Shown: positions 9,323 to 18,853 of the stretch, piece by piece | How positions within the stretch are numbered: the stretch's first letter is position 1 | Layout: every line of letters begins with the position of its first letter | From: Candidatus Amesbacteria bacterium RIFCSPLOWO2_01_FULL_49_25 | Lineage (GTDB): Bacteria; Patescibacteriota; Microgenomatia; CAZETR01; Amesbacteraceae | Direction: 5' to 3' | Assembly (NCBI GenBank): GCA_001773725.1 | Contig: MEXP01000020.1 | Location: forward strand, 102,767-166,766 | Length of the DNA stretch: 64,000 nt | Position numbers and translations under genes: made by a program | The notes under the pieces: generated by a model | What the model was told of the DNA's origin: nothing | What the model saw: the letters and a program-made list of their open reading frames with translations, nothing else | Database searches by the model: none

Positions 9323-10708
9323 ATGTTGCAGACCAGACCCCCAATTGTTGTAATCTTGGGCCATGTCGATCATGGCAAAACCACTCTTTTGGACTTTTTA
9401 CGCCAGACCAGTATTGCCTCTCGTGAGGCGGGGGGAATCACCCAAACCATCCGTTCTTTCCAGCTAACTGCTAACAGCCGAAAGCTAACATTTATCGATA
9501 CCCCCGGCCACGCCGCCTTTTCTGCCATGCGCTCCCGCGGCAGTCAAATCGCCGATATTGCCGTTCTTGTTGTCGCCGCCGATGACGGAGTTATGCCCCA
9601 AACCAAGCAGTCCGTTGAATACATCAACCAGGCCCAAATCCCCTTCATTGTCGCCATTAATAAATCGGATCTCCCCTCGGCCAATCTCGATAAAGTTAAA
9701 ACTCAGCTCACAGACATTGGGGTCGTCGTCGAAGATTTCGGCGGCCCTGTCCCTTGTGTCCCCATTTCCGCCAAAACCGGCTCCGGCATCCCTGACCTTT
9801 TAGAAATTATTTCTCTTCTCTCCGAGCTCCACCCTCCCCAAGCCGATCCCGACTCTCCTCTTCAGGCGGTTGTTCTAGAGACTCATCTTGATTCCCAAAA
9901 AGGACTTCTGGCCACGGTCATTGTCAAAAACGGCACACTGCATCTTGGTAGCCAGTTGTACTCGGGTGAACCCGTCGGCAAGGCCCGCGCCCTCACCGGA
10001 CCTGATGGCGAGTTACTCAAATCTGCGCTTCCGAGCCAACCGGTCGAAATATTGGGTCTGAGCGCCGTTCCTGAGGTTGGATCAATTCTAGCCAGTGCTC
10101 CTAGTGTCCCCAGTCACCCCAAGCCCAGTGAAGCGCCCCCAAACACCACTAACGACAAAAAATTCAACCTCATCCTTAAAACTGACACCGCCGGTTCCCT
10201 CGAGGCTATCGCCTCTTCTCTCCCTCCCGCCGTCTCTGTTCTTTCTTCCGGTACCGGAGATGTCGGTGAATCCGACGTGGAATTTGCCAAAACCGGTTCG
10301 GCTTCGATTTTTGCCTTCAACGTCAAAGTCCCCTCATCGGTCGCCAAATTAGCCGAAATTGAGCGTATCCGGATATATTCTCACAAAATTATTTACGAGC
10401 TTCTTGACGAGCTTAACCAGCTTACCAAAGTCACTGTCGAGGTCTTCCTGGCCCAGGCCCAAATTATTGCCGAATTCAAAATAGGTCAAGATAGGGTGGC
10501 GGGACTTCGCGTCCTAGAAGGCGAAATTTCAAAAAGCCACAAAATCCGTCTTCTCCGCGGGGATTCTATCATCGGCGAAACTCGAATTAAATCTCTCAAA
10601 TCCGGTAAAAACGATCTTATAGTTGCCAAATCCCAACAGGAATTTGGGGCCGTCTTCAGCCCATATCTTGACTTTAAAATTGGCGACAGTATAATAGCCC
10701 TCCAGTAA
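9323..10708 (+). CDS. infB: Translation initiation factor IF-2 (minimal form; begins at the G domain)
   Basis: [23 protein letters not shown] and NKSD G-motifs, then the beta-barrel II, C1 and C2 domains. Only 461 aa, with no N-terminal domains. Confidence 0.88.
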   Translation: MLQTRPPIVVILGHVDHGKTTLLDFLRQTSIASREAGGITQTIRSFQLTANSRKLTFIDTPGHAAFSAMRSRGSQIADIAVLVVAADDGVMPQTKQSVEYINQAQIPFIVAINKSDLPSANLDKVKTQLTDIGVVVEDFGGPVPCVPISAKTGSGIPDLLEIISLLSELHPPQADPDSPLQAVVLETHLDSQKGLLATVIVKNGTLHLGSQLYSGEPVGKARALTGPDGELLKSALPSQPVEILGLSAVPEVGSILASAPSVPSHPKPSEAPPNTTNDKKFNLILKTDTAGSLEAIASSLPPAVSVLSSGTGDVGESDVEFAKTGSASIFAFNVKVPSSVAKLAEIERIRIYSHKIIYELLDELNQLTKVTVEVFLAQAQIIAEFKIGQDRVAGLRVLEGEISKSHKIRLLRGDSIIGETRIKSLKSGKNDLIVAKSQQEFGAVFSPYLDFKIGDSIIALQ

Positions 10709-10720
10709 CCTATAGAATAT

Positions 10721-11590
10721 ATGGCTCGGCCGGATGTTTCCTCTATTCGCTCTCTTTTGTCCTCTTCTCAATCTGTGGCCCTGCTTTTACCCGCTCATCC
10801 TTCCTACGATGCCGTATCCGCCATCCTCGCTCTCAAACTCAGTTTCGATGCCGTCGGTAAGTCCACCCTTGTCGCTTGCCCCGACCCCATCATTGTCGAA
10901 TTTAATCGTCTCATCGGCATCGATACTGTCACCTCAATGTTCGGAGGCCGTGACCTGATAATTGCTTTTCCCGAGCAGACTGAGCACGTGGACAAAGTCA
11001 CCTACAACATTGAGGCCGGAGAACTCCGTTTAGTTGTCACCCCCAAACAATCCGCCCCCACACTCGATCACCGGCGGCTCAAATTTATTTCCGGCTCTCA
11101 CCACGCCGACGCCATCATGCTTGTCGATGTGGACAGCTTGACCGATTTAGGCCATATCTATGAACAAGGCAAAGAAGCCTTTCGAGCCTCGGAAAAAATG
11201 GTCTCTCTGACCCGTAATTTACCGGCTCAAAATTACACTCCCCATCAGGTTTATGATCCCCTGGCACTCTCTCTGTCGGAGTTAGTAGTCTATCTCATTG
11301 AATCTTTATCTCTCCCCCTGCCCGCCGACGCCGCCACCAACCTTTTGGCCGGTCTTGAACGGGCTACTCAAAATTTCCAGCACCCCGAAATTTCCGCTTC
11401 GGCTTTTGAAACCGCCGCCAGACTCATAAAATCTGGCGCCCGCCGTCACGCCGATCAAATCTCGGCCGCCGACTTTCCCTCAGGCTCGATTCCCGCTTCT
11501 CCCGGTACTGCCGAGTCCGTAGCCGAGATCAAAGGTCCTCCTGACGACTGGATGGCCCCCAAAGTCTATCGCGGCCCCATGTTGCAATAA
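10721..11590 (+). CDS. Hypothetical protein, weakly DHH/DHHA1-like and degenerate
   Basis: 289 aa. PAHPSYDAVSAILAL loosely resembles DHH motif I (HxxPDGDAxGS), and GSHHADA resembles a GGGH-type motif, but the catalytic Asp/His are not conserved. It sits where rbfA/truB would normally lie between infB and rpsO. Confidence 0.3.
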   Translation: MARPDVSSIRSLLSSSQSVALLLPAHPSYDAVSAILALKLSFDAVGKSTLVACPDPIIVEFNRLIGIDTVTSMFGGRDLIIAFPEQTEHVDKVTYNIEAGELRLVVTPKQSAPTLDHRRLKFISGSHHADAIMLVDVDSLTDLGHIYEQGKEAFRASEKMVSLTRNLPAQNYTPHQVYDPLALSLSELVVYLIESLSLPLPADAATNLLAGLERATQNFQHPEISASAFETAARLIKSGARRHADQISAADFPSGSIPASPGTAESVAEIKGPPDDWMAPKVYRGPMLQ

Positions 11591-11606
11591 ATACCTGTGC
11601 TATAAT
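11583..11606 (+). promoter_or_regulatory. Candidate -10 box (TATAAT at 11601-11606) upstream of rpsO
   Basis: Exact TATAAT about 85 nt upstream of the rpsO start. The -35 (TTGCAA) sits at suboptimal spacing, so this is weak. Confidence 0.25.
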
Positions 11607-11691
11607 GCAACCAATTCAAGAGAAACTAACGAAAGTTTGACAGATTGCTGCTCTCACTTTCGCCCTATCTCTTGTTATTTTAATGTTTTTT

Positions 11692-11958
11692 ATGGCTCTC
11701 GATACTTCCTCCAAACAAAATATCATTGAACAATTCGCCCAAGCCAAGGGGGACACCGGCTCGCCCGAAGTCCAGGTGGCCTTGCTTACCGAAAAGATCA
11801 ACAAATTAACCGAGCATTTAAAACAGCACAAAAAAGACAATCATTCCCGAAGGGGTCTGATCAGTATGGTTTCCAAACGCCGTCGTCTCCTGCACTACAT
11901 TCAAAAGAAAGACCTCAAACGCTACCAGGCCTTAACAAAAAAGCTTGGGTTAAAATAA
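11692..11958 (+). CDS. rpsO: 30S ribosomal protein S15
   Basis: [56 protein letters not shown]...; the track ORF carries a 3-codon N-terminal extension. Confidence 0.9.
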   Translation: MALDTSSKQNIIEQFAQAKGDTGSPEVQVALLTEKINKLTEHLKQHKKDNHSRRGLISMVSKRRRLLHYIQKKDLKRYQALTKKLGLK

Positions 11959-11962
11959 TCCC

Positions 11963-11988
11963 AACTAGAAATTTCTAGTTTTATAAGT
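11963..11988 (+). terminator. Palindromic hairpin AACTAGAA-AT-TTCTAGTT followed by a T-rich run; an rpsO terminator or attenuator
   Basis: Perfect inverted repeat immediately after the rpsO stop, followed by TTTTATAAGTT. Confidence 0.5.
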
Positions 11989-12005
11989 TAAAATATCAAT
12001 ATATC

Positions 12006-12066
12006 GAAGCTGTTCAAGAGGTGCGAAGAGCGTGCAGTTCTCTCTTCAGACTTCTGGAAGAGCTTC
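12006..12066 (+). promoter_or_regulatory. Long imperfect stem-loop in the pnp 5' leader
   Basis: GAAGCTGTTCAAGAG...CTTCTGGAAGAGCTTC, with near-complementary arms spanning about 60 nt and ending 10 nt before the pnp start. This is the position of the RNase III-processed pnp leader hairpin in other bacteria. Confidence 0.35.
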
Positions 12067-12075
12067 GGGATTAGG

Positions 12076-14268
12076 ATGAAAATTGTTACCAAATCAGTAA
12101 ATATTTCCGGTCGGACATTGAGTTTCGAAGTCGGTCGAGTGGCCGAGCAAGCCGCCAGTGCGGTCCTCGCTCGCTATGGAGATTCCGTCGTCTTAGCCGC
12201 CGTAACCGTCGGGTCGGAGGACAACAAAAAGGATCACTTCCCCCTGTCCGTTGAATATCAGGAACGCCTTTATTCAGGCGGACGCATCAAAGGCAGCCGT
12301 TGGATTAAGCGTGAGCGAAATACCGATGAGGAAGCCCTATCTTCCCGTCTCATCGATCGGTCCATTCGCCCCCTTTTTCCGGCTTGGTTTAGAAATGAAG
12401 TCCAGGTCATCGTCATGGTTTTGGCAACCGACATCGACAACGACACCGACGTTCTGGGAATAAATGCCGTCTCTGCCGCAATCGCCGCTTCTCCGGTTCC
12501 CTGGTCGGGGCCGGTGGGAGCCGTAAGAATCGGCCTTACCGACGGCCAAATAATCACCAATCCCCAAAACGGCAATCGCGAAGGAGTCGACCTTGATTTA
12601 GTAGTTTCCAGCACTTCTGATTTAATACCCATGATCGAGGCCGGCGCCAACCAAATCCCCGAAGATCAAGTCATAGCCGGGATCACCCAAGGCCTCTCCG
12701 AGAACAAAAAAATTGTATCTTGCATCAATGAACTGGTCGCCGAAGTTGGAAAAACCAAACTCCCGGTTAAAGAAAAACAGCTCGACCCGTCATTGGTTTC
12801 TCAAGTAGAGTCGTCTGCCCAAAAACTCATCGACGAATTTATCACCTCAGCCAGTCTCAAGGAAGGCAGTAGCGTGGAATCCATCATCGCTTCTGTATCT
12901 GAAAATCTGGATGAAAAACAAAAAAAAGACGTCCCGGCTATTATTGAAGCTCAAATAAAAAAGACCATTCGCCGCAATTTGCTGGAGAAATCTCTCCGTC
13001 CTGACGGCCGGAAGTTAGATGAGATCCGTCCTCTGCACGTCGAAGTCGGGGTTCTCCCGCGTGTTCATGGCTCGGCCATTTTCCAGCGCGGCCAAACCCA
13101 AGCCCTGACTGTGTCAACGCTTGGCGCCCCCTCTCTTAGTCAGACTTTGGAATCAGCCGAAGGCGAAGCCATTAAGCGCTACATTCACCATTATAATTTC
13201 CCCCCTTTCTCCACTGGTGAGACAGGTCGAGTCGGCGCCCCCAAACGTCGGGAAATCGGTCACGGTGCTCTGGCCGAACGTGCCTTGGCTCCGGTTATTC
13301 CTCCCGAAACTCAGTTCCCTTATGCCATCCGCCTTGTCTCCGAGATTTTAAGTTCCAATGGCTCGACCAGCATGGCCTCCACTTGCGGCTCAACTTTGTC
13401 TCTGATGGACGCCGGTGTTCCCATTTTGGCCCCGGTTGCCGGCATCTCCACAGGCTTGGTCACGCCCGACGACTACCCCCTAAAAGCTAACAGCTACAAA
13501 CTATTAACCGACATCATCGGTTTAGAGGATCACTACACCGACATGGATTTCAAAGTCGCCGGCACAACCAAGGGCATCACCGCCATCCAGCTGGATGTTA
13601 AAGTCCCGGGACTCACCCTCGACATTTGCAAAGGCGCGCTGGAGCGTGCCAAAACCGCCCGGCTGCAGATCCTCGACGCGATGCTCAAGGTTCTACCCCA
13701 TTCCAGACCCGAGTTATCATCATATGCCCCCAAAATTAGCACCGCAACCATCCCCGTGGACAAAATTGGCGAGCTCATCGGTCCGGGTGGCAAAAACATC
13801 AAAAAACTCATGGCCGATACCCAGACCGATATCGACGTTAGGGATGACGGCTCTGTTTTTGTCTCCGGCACTGATTCGGCGGGAGTGGGCCACGTTCTCT
13901 CCTATCTTCAAGCCATGACCAAAGAAGTCGCAGCCGGGGAAATTTATGAAGGCACAGTCGCCCGAATCCAGCCCTTTGGCGCTTTCGTCACTATCCTTCC
14001 CGGTAAAGACGGCCTGGTCCACGTTTCTCAAATGGCCCAGGGCTTTGTCTCCGATCCCAATCAAATGGTCCATGTTGGTCAAGTGGTCCGGGTCTGGGTC
14101 ACCGAGGTCGATCCCCAGGGCAAAATCGCCCTCAGCATGCTTTTCGACGAATCAGGTAGCCCCATAGTAAAAGCTCACCCCCCCCGTTCCTCCGGCCCTT
14201 TCTCCGCCCCGCTTTCTAGCAGGGGTCCCGACCGCCGTCGCCCCTCGGTGGGGAGCCGCCGCTTTTAG
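12076..14268 (+). CDS. pnp: Polyribonucleotide nucleotidyltransferase (PNPase)
   Basis: Two RNase PH domains, then KH (GPGGKNIKKL) and S1 (GEIYEGTVARIQPFGAFV) domains; 730 aa. Confidence 0.95.
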   Translation: MKIVTKSVNISGRTLSFEVGRVAEQAASAVLARYGDSVVLAAVTVGSEDNKKDHFPLSVEYQERLYSGGRIKGSRWIKRERNTDEEALSSRLIDRSIRPLFPAWFRNEVQVIVMVLATDIDNDTDVLGINAVSAAIAASPVPWSGPVGAVRIGLTDGQIITNPQNGNREGVDLDLVVSSTSDLIPMIEAGANQIPEDQVIAGITQGLSENKKIVSCINELVAEVGKTKLPVKEKQLDPSLVSQVESSAQKLIDEFITSASLKEGSSVESIIASVSENLDEKQKKDVPAIIEAQIKKTIRRNLLEKSLRPDGRKLDEIRPLHVEVGVLPRVHGSAIFQRGQTQALTVSTLGAPSLSQTLESAEGEAIKRYIHHYNFPPFSTGETGRVGAPKRREIGHGALAERALAPVIPPETQFPYAIRLVSEILSSNGSTSMASTCGSTLSLMDAGVPILAPVAGISTGLVTPDDYPLKANSYKLLTDIIGLEDHYTDMDFKVAGTTKGITAIQLDVKVPGLTLDICKGALERAKTARLQILDAMLKVLPHSRPELSSYAPKISTATIPVDKIGELIGPGGKNIKKLMADTQTDIDVRDDGSVFVSGTDSAGVGHVLSYLQAMTKEVAAGEIYEGTVARIQPFGAFVTILPGKDGLVHVSQMAQGFVSDPNQMVHVGQVVRVWVTEVDPQGKIALSMLFDESGSPIVKAHPPRSSGPFSAPLSSRGPDRRRPSVGSRRF

Positions 14269-14283
14269 TGATATCATAAGGCC

Positions 14284-15327
14284 GTGACCGACTCCTTAAC
14301 TTCAGATATTCAAAAATTACAGACTCAGGTCGATTCGGCCGATCTCCCAGCTGACTTGCGTTCCAAAGTCAACGCCATGATCAGCCAGCTTTCCCGCCAG
14401 GCTCAACATGGAAGCTACAGCGTGGAGTTTGAGGAAATTTCTCGTTACATCGACTGGATAACTCGCCTACCATGGGTATTTACCACCCAAGATAACTTAG
14501 ATCTCCAGCACGCCCGCCAAGTTTTAGACTCGCACCATTACGGCCTTGAAGACCTCAAACAGCGCATTTTAGAATATATGTCCGTTCTTATTCTCAACCA
14601 AAAAAATAAGTCCGGCTACCACGCCCCTATTTTACTTTTGGTAGGCCTGGTCGGAACCGGTAAGACGACTCTGGCGGAAAGTATCGCCGCCACCCTGGAG
14701 CGCAGATTTGTCCGTATCCCCTTCGGCGGCATGAGTTCCGCCCTCGATCTTCGCGGCCAATCTCGTGTCCATCCCGAAGCCGAGCCGGGCCAGATCATAA
14801 AGAACCTCCAGCGCGCCGGATCCAAAAACCCGGTTATCTTATTAGATGAGATCGATAGAGTAGCCCCATCAGCCCAAGGGGAAATAATGGGTGTCCTAGT
14901 GGAACTCTTGGACCCCAACCAAAATTCGACATTCGTCGATCATTACATCGATTACCCGTTTGACCTGTCTCAAGCTCTTTTTATAACTACATCCAACAAT
15001 ACGGCCAACATCGCCACCGCAGTTATGGACCGGCTCGAGCCGCTGATGATGCCCTCTTACACTGATGAGGAAAAAATTATGATTGCCAAAAATTATGTCT
15101 TGCCTCGGACCATAAAAAACGCCGGATTACCCCCAAATGCTCTGGTTATCGACGAATCGGTCTGGCCCAAAATCACCCGCCCCCTAGGGTTTGACTCCGG
15201 CATTCGTACTCTCGAGCGGACCATCGAAGGCATAGTTAGAAAAACCGCTAAACTCCTGGTCGAAGGCCACACCAGCCAAATACAAGTCACGGGAAACAAT
15301 ATCAAACAATTCCTCCCCACCTACTAA
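14284..15327 (+). CDS. Lon-derived AAA+ ATPase module with no LAN N-domain and no S16 protease domain
   Basis: 347 aa, GTG start. RYIDWITRLPW...LEDLKQRILEYMSV...ILLLVGLVGTGKTTLAESIAATLERRFVRIPFGG...PGQIIKNLQRAGSKNPVILLDEIDR...LDPNQNSTFVDHYIDYPFDLSQALFITTSN...DRLEPLMMPSYTDEEKIMIAKNYVLPR is collinear with Lon residues ~190-580 (Walker A, Walker B, sensor regions). The ORF stops exactly where the protease domain would begin. Confidence 0.75.
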   Translation: MTDSLTSDIQKLQTQVDSADLPADLRSKVNAMISQLSRQAQHGSYSVEFEEISRYIDWITRLPWVFTTQDNLDLQHARQVLDSHHYGLEDLKQRILEYMSVLILNQKNKSGYHAPILLLVGLVGTGKTTLAESIAATLERRFVRIPFGGMSSALDLRGQSRVHPEAEPGQIIKNLQRAGSKNPVILLDEIDRVAPSAQGEIMGVLVELLDPNQNSTFVDHYIDYPFDLSQALFITTSNNTANIATAVMDRLEPLMMPSYTDEEKIMIAKNYVLPRTIKNAGLPPNALVIDESVWPKITRPLGFDSGIRTLERTIEGIVRKTAKLLVEGHTSQIQVTGNNIKQFLPTY

Positions 15328-15333
15328 AACCAC

Positions 15334-16008
15334 ATGACTTTCGCCGAAGCCTACGAAAAATACCATTTGCCGCCACATCTTATCCTCCACCAGCTCCGTG
15401 TGGCCGCTCTCGTCTACCTGATTACTCATGATTCTGTTTTTACACCCGATGTTGAATCCGGAGACAGGATCACCGCCGCCGGCCTTCATGACATGGGCGC
15501 TATGGTTAAATTCGACTTGGATTATTTCCCAGATCTTTGGCAGCCGCAGGGAACAGCTTACTGGCAGTCGGTCCAAAGTGATGTGGTTCAGCGGTATGGC
15601 TCCGATGAACATCTCGCCACACCCCGGATTATCTCTGAACTAGGGGTCTCACAGCGAGCGGCATATCTTGCCGGCTGGGTGGGTTTTGCCAAGGCTTCCC
15701 AAAATTTGCATTCCGCCGATCCCGGTCGTCAAATAGTCGCCTATGCCGACTCCTGCATTTCTCCAGACGGTTACGTCGGGCTCAAGACTAGAATCCACGG
15801 AGACCGGAAGCGTCACAAGGCCAACCATGGACCAAAAGCCGGGTCCGACCGGAAATTCGCCCTCCGCGCGAGCGCCCTCCAGCTTATGGAACGACAAATC
15901 CAAACTCGTGCTCCAGCACTGCGTCTCGAGCATATTACTCCCAGTCTAGTCGACCTGATAGCCCAAGAACTTAAAGATTTTTCCATCAATTCTGCGCATG
16001 CTATTTAA
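15334..16008 (+). CDS. HD-domain metal-dependent phosphohydrolase-like protein
   Basis: HQLRVAALVYLITHD ... AAGLHDMGAM match the H...HD...D signature of HD domains; 224 aa. Confidence 0.45.
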   Translation: MTFAEAYEKYHLPPHLILHQLRVAALVYLITHDSVFTPDVESGDRITAAGLHDMGAMVKFDLDYFPDLWQPQGTAYWQSVQSDVVQRYGSDEHLATPRIISELGVSQRAAYLAGWVGFAKASQNLHSADPGRQIVAYADSCISPDGYVGLKTRIHGDRKRHKANHGPKAGSDRKFALRASALQLMERQIQTRAPALRLEHITPSLVDLIAQELKDFSINSAHAI

Positions 16009-16534
16009 TCTCGACTCCATTCAATCAGCCGCCAACAACTACACCCAATCTCTTAGCCAATTTCTGGAGTCGCACGATCTTGACCATCCCCAGTCAGCTG
16101 ATCACTTGGCGATTAAGGTCGCCGATTCGGCCGACTATGATGCTCAACTCCCCCAGCTCTTGAAAATGCTCTCAAGTGCCCAATATGTCAACCTCAATAA
16201 TCGCAGAATCTGTACCGGAAAGCTCATCACCCCGATCACTCTGCCAGGTTTCAGCCAAACCAATTTTTTGGAGATACTCGAACCCAGACCATCCAAAGTC
16301 GGGACCGGTGTCGTCGGATTGGAACACGTTGAATTTTTAGTTCCCGATTTGGATTCCGTCAAATCTGCTTTAGTTGCTAAAAACATATTGCCCGAGTTTC
16401 ACGACAACGGCCATCACCGGAGCTTGATTGTCAAGTTCAACAATCTAGGCCAAGAACTCGTTTACACCAACACTCCTCTTGAACAGGTATTAGTGGAAGA
16501 GCAGAAAAACGGGTTAATCACCAGACTCAAATGA
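15998..16534 (+). CDS. YecM-like / VOC (glyoxalase-fold) family protein
   Basis: 178 aa. SADHLAIKVAD and VGLEHVEFLVPDLDS resemble the paired beta-alpha-beta-beta-beta modules of VOC/YecM proteins. Recalled from memory, not computed. Confidence 0.4.
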   Translation: MLFNLDSIQSAANNYTQSLSQFLESHDLDHPQSADHLAIKVADSADYDAQLPQLLKMLSSAQYVNLNNRRICTGKLITPITLPGFSQTNFLEILEPRPSKVGTGVVGLEHVEFLVPDLDSVKSALVAKNILPEFHDNGHHRSLIVKFNNLGQELVYTNTPLEQVLVEEQKNGLITRLK

Positions 16535-17169
16535 CCACCCAGCAAAAAATTGAGGAACTAAATAAAATTGCCCAAGAGATTAAAAGTTTCCAAGGCTTGG
16601 ACATCGCCCGAAACGCCACTCACGCCGTTCCAGGCGAAGGTCACCCCGACGCCCAGATTATGTTTATCGGCGAGGCTCCTGGCCAAGTGGAAGACTCCAC
16701 TGGTCGGCCTTTCGTCGGTCAATCCGGGCAATTAATGCGCAAGACTCTCACCGAAACCACCAGCATCCAGCCGGAAGAAGTTTTTATAACCAATATCGTC
16801 AAATTTCGCCCGCCGGACAACCGCGATCCAAACGACATTGAAATAGAAACTTGCCGCGACTGGCTTGACCGCCAAATTAATGTTATTCAACCCAAAATTA
16901 TTTGCACTCTCGGCCGATTCAGTATGGCCAAATTTATTCCCGGCGTGACCATCTCTCGTGTCCACGGCCAGCCTCGTTTTGTCACTTTCCAGGGAAATAA
17001 GTTTATAATTTTTCCCATGTACCATCCCGCCGCCGCCCTCAGAGGCACAGGCACCTTGAATGAATTCAAACAGGACTTTAATAAACTAAAGAACCTGCTC
17101 GACCCCGCCTCTCCTCCCAAAGATTTACAATCCCAGCCTTCTCAACCACTCCAGGCCAGTCTGTTTTGA
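16531..17169 (+). CDS. Uracil-DNA glycosylase, family 4
   Basis: IMFIGEAPGQVEDSTGRPFVGQSGQLM (motif A, GEAPG) and IFPMYHPAAAL (motif B); 212 aa. Confidence 0.85.
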   Translation: MTTQQKIEELNKIAQEIKSFQGLDIARNATHAVPGEGHPDAQIMFIGEAPGQVEDSTGRPFVGQSGQLMRKTLTETTSIQPEEVFITNIVKFRPPDNRDPNDIEIETCRDWLDRQINVIQPKIICTLGRFSMAKFIPGVTISRVHGQPRFVTFQGNKFIIFPMYHPAAALRGTGTLNEFKQDFNKLKNLLDPASPPKDLQSQPSQPLQASLF

Positions 17170-17170
17170 T

Positions 17171-18853
17171 ATGAAATTCCAGCAAAAAAACCCACCCGGC
17201 GAGATACTGCGTATTTTATCTCTCGGCGGCTTCGGCCGGGTAACATCCAACATGTTCGTTTACGAATACGGCCAGGATATTTTAATAGTCGACTGCGGCA
17301 TGGGCTTTCCTTCCGAAGAAATGCTTGGAGTAGACATCCTTATTCCCGACGTATCTTACCTGCGCCCCCGCTTGGGAAAAATCCGCGGCCTGGTAATTAC
17401 TCACGGCCACGAGGACCACACCGGAGCTCTGCCCTATATTCTTCCCCAAATCGGCAACATTCCCATATATGGCAGCAAACTAACTGCAAATTTGATCATG
17501 GAAAAGCTGGCGGAATATCAAGGCATACCCAAGCAGGTCCAAATACTTATTCCTGGAGAGCCCATACGTTTAGGCCAGTTTACCGTCGAATCAGTGCGCG
17601 TAACTCACTCAATCCCCGACGCCACAAATTTGATAATCAAAACTCCCCAAAACACTATCTACCACGGCAGCGACTTCAAATTTGATTTTACCCCCGTAGA
17701 CGGTGTTCCCTCGGATGTGGGTCGGATTGCCGCCGCCGGAAACTCAGGCATAGACCTTCTCTTGTCAGATTCACTTGGCAGCGAGCGGCGCGGGTACACC
17801 CCATCGGAAAAATCACTTGAGGAAATGTTTGAGCGGGAAATTTCTCATTGTCAGGGAAAATTTATCGTCACCACTATGGGCAGCAACATTAGTCGCTGGC
17901 GCCAAGCCGCCGAAGCCGCCCTTCGCCACGGCCGCCGCGTTTGTATCTTGGGCAAATCCATAAGTCGCAATATTTCTGTCGCCTCCCGTCTGGGTTATCT
18001 CCAGCTTCCCTCATCGATTATTATCGAACCCAAAGACGTCAAAAAGCTTCCCCCCAAAAACGTTTGTCTGCTGGTTGCCGGCTCCCAGGCTCAAGCCGGC
18101 TCGGCTCTGGAACGTCTGGCCACCGAGGACAATAAGGACGTCAAAATCCTTCCAGGAGATAAAGTCGTTTTTTCCTCGGATTACATTCCCGGCAGTGAAT
18201 CTGCGGTGCAGTCACTCATCGATACTCTCTCCCGACTTGGAGCCACCGTCATCTATTCAAATATCACCGACGATCTGCATGTCTCCGGTCACGGTTCCCG
18301 CCAAGACCTGCTTTTAATGATGACCCTTACCCACCCCAAATATCTCCTGCCTATCGGCGGAACTTATCGCCATATGGTTCAGTACTCACTCCTGGCTCAA
18401 ACCATGGGTTTTTCCCCGGATAAAATCCTCTTACCTTCCTACAATCAAACTCTGGAAGTCTCTTCCACTGGTGTAAAACTTGGCCCCCTCACCGATATCA
18501 AAAATGTCATGGTAGACGGCCTGGGAATTGGAGACGTCGGCCACGTCGTTCTTCGTGATCGTCAGCATTTAGCGGAGGAGGGGATAGTCGTAGCCGTCGC
18601 TCAGGTCGACCAAAACAATACAGGCAAGCTCATCGACCTCGAACTTATCAGCCGCGGATTTGTTTTCGACAAATACAACGGCAATATTCTCAAAGAGGCC
18701 ATCTCCCAAGCCAAGTCGGCATTTGGGAAACCCAAGGGACATATTGACTCCGATCGTCATACCCGTCAGATATTAGTCGACGTTTTAGAACGTTTCTTCT
18801 TCGATCGCACCCGTCGTCGCCCCATGATTCTGCCCGTAGTTATTGAGGTATAA
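17171..18853 (+). CDS. rnj: Ribonuclease J (metallo-beta-lactamase / beta-CASP)
   Basis: VITHGHEDHTGALPY, beta-CASP motifs, and the C-terminal domain; 560 aa. Confidence 0.9.
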   Translation: MKFQQKNPPGEILRILSLGGFGRVTSNMFVYEYGQDILIVDCGMGFPSEEMLGVDILIPDVSYLRPRLGKIRGLVITHGHEDHTGALPYILPQIGNIPIYGSKLTANLIMEKLAEYQGIPKQVQILIPGEPIRLGQFTVESVRVTHSIPDATNLIIKTPQNTIYHGSDFKFDFTPVDGVPSDVGRIAAAGNSGIDLLLSDSLGSERRGYTPSEKSLEEMFEREISHCQGKFIVTTMGSNISRWRQAAEAALRHGRRVCILGKSISRNISVASRLGYLQLPSSIIIEPKDVKKLPPKNVCLLVAGSQAQAGSALERLATEDNKDVKILPGDKVVFSSDYIPGSESAVQSLIDTLSRLGATVIYSNITDDLHVSGHGSRQDLLLMMTLTHPKYLLPIGGTYRHMVQYSLLAQTMGFSPDKILLPSYNQTLEVSSTGVKLGPLTDIKNVMVDGLGIGDVGHVVLRDRQHLAEEGIVVAVAQVDQNNTGKLIDLELISRGFVFDKYNGNILKEAISQAKSAFGKPKGHIDSDRHTRQILVDVLERFFFDRTRRRPMILPVVIEV

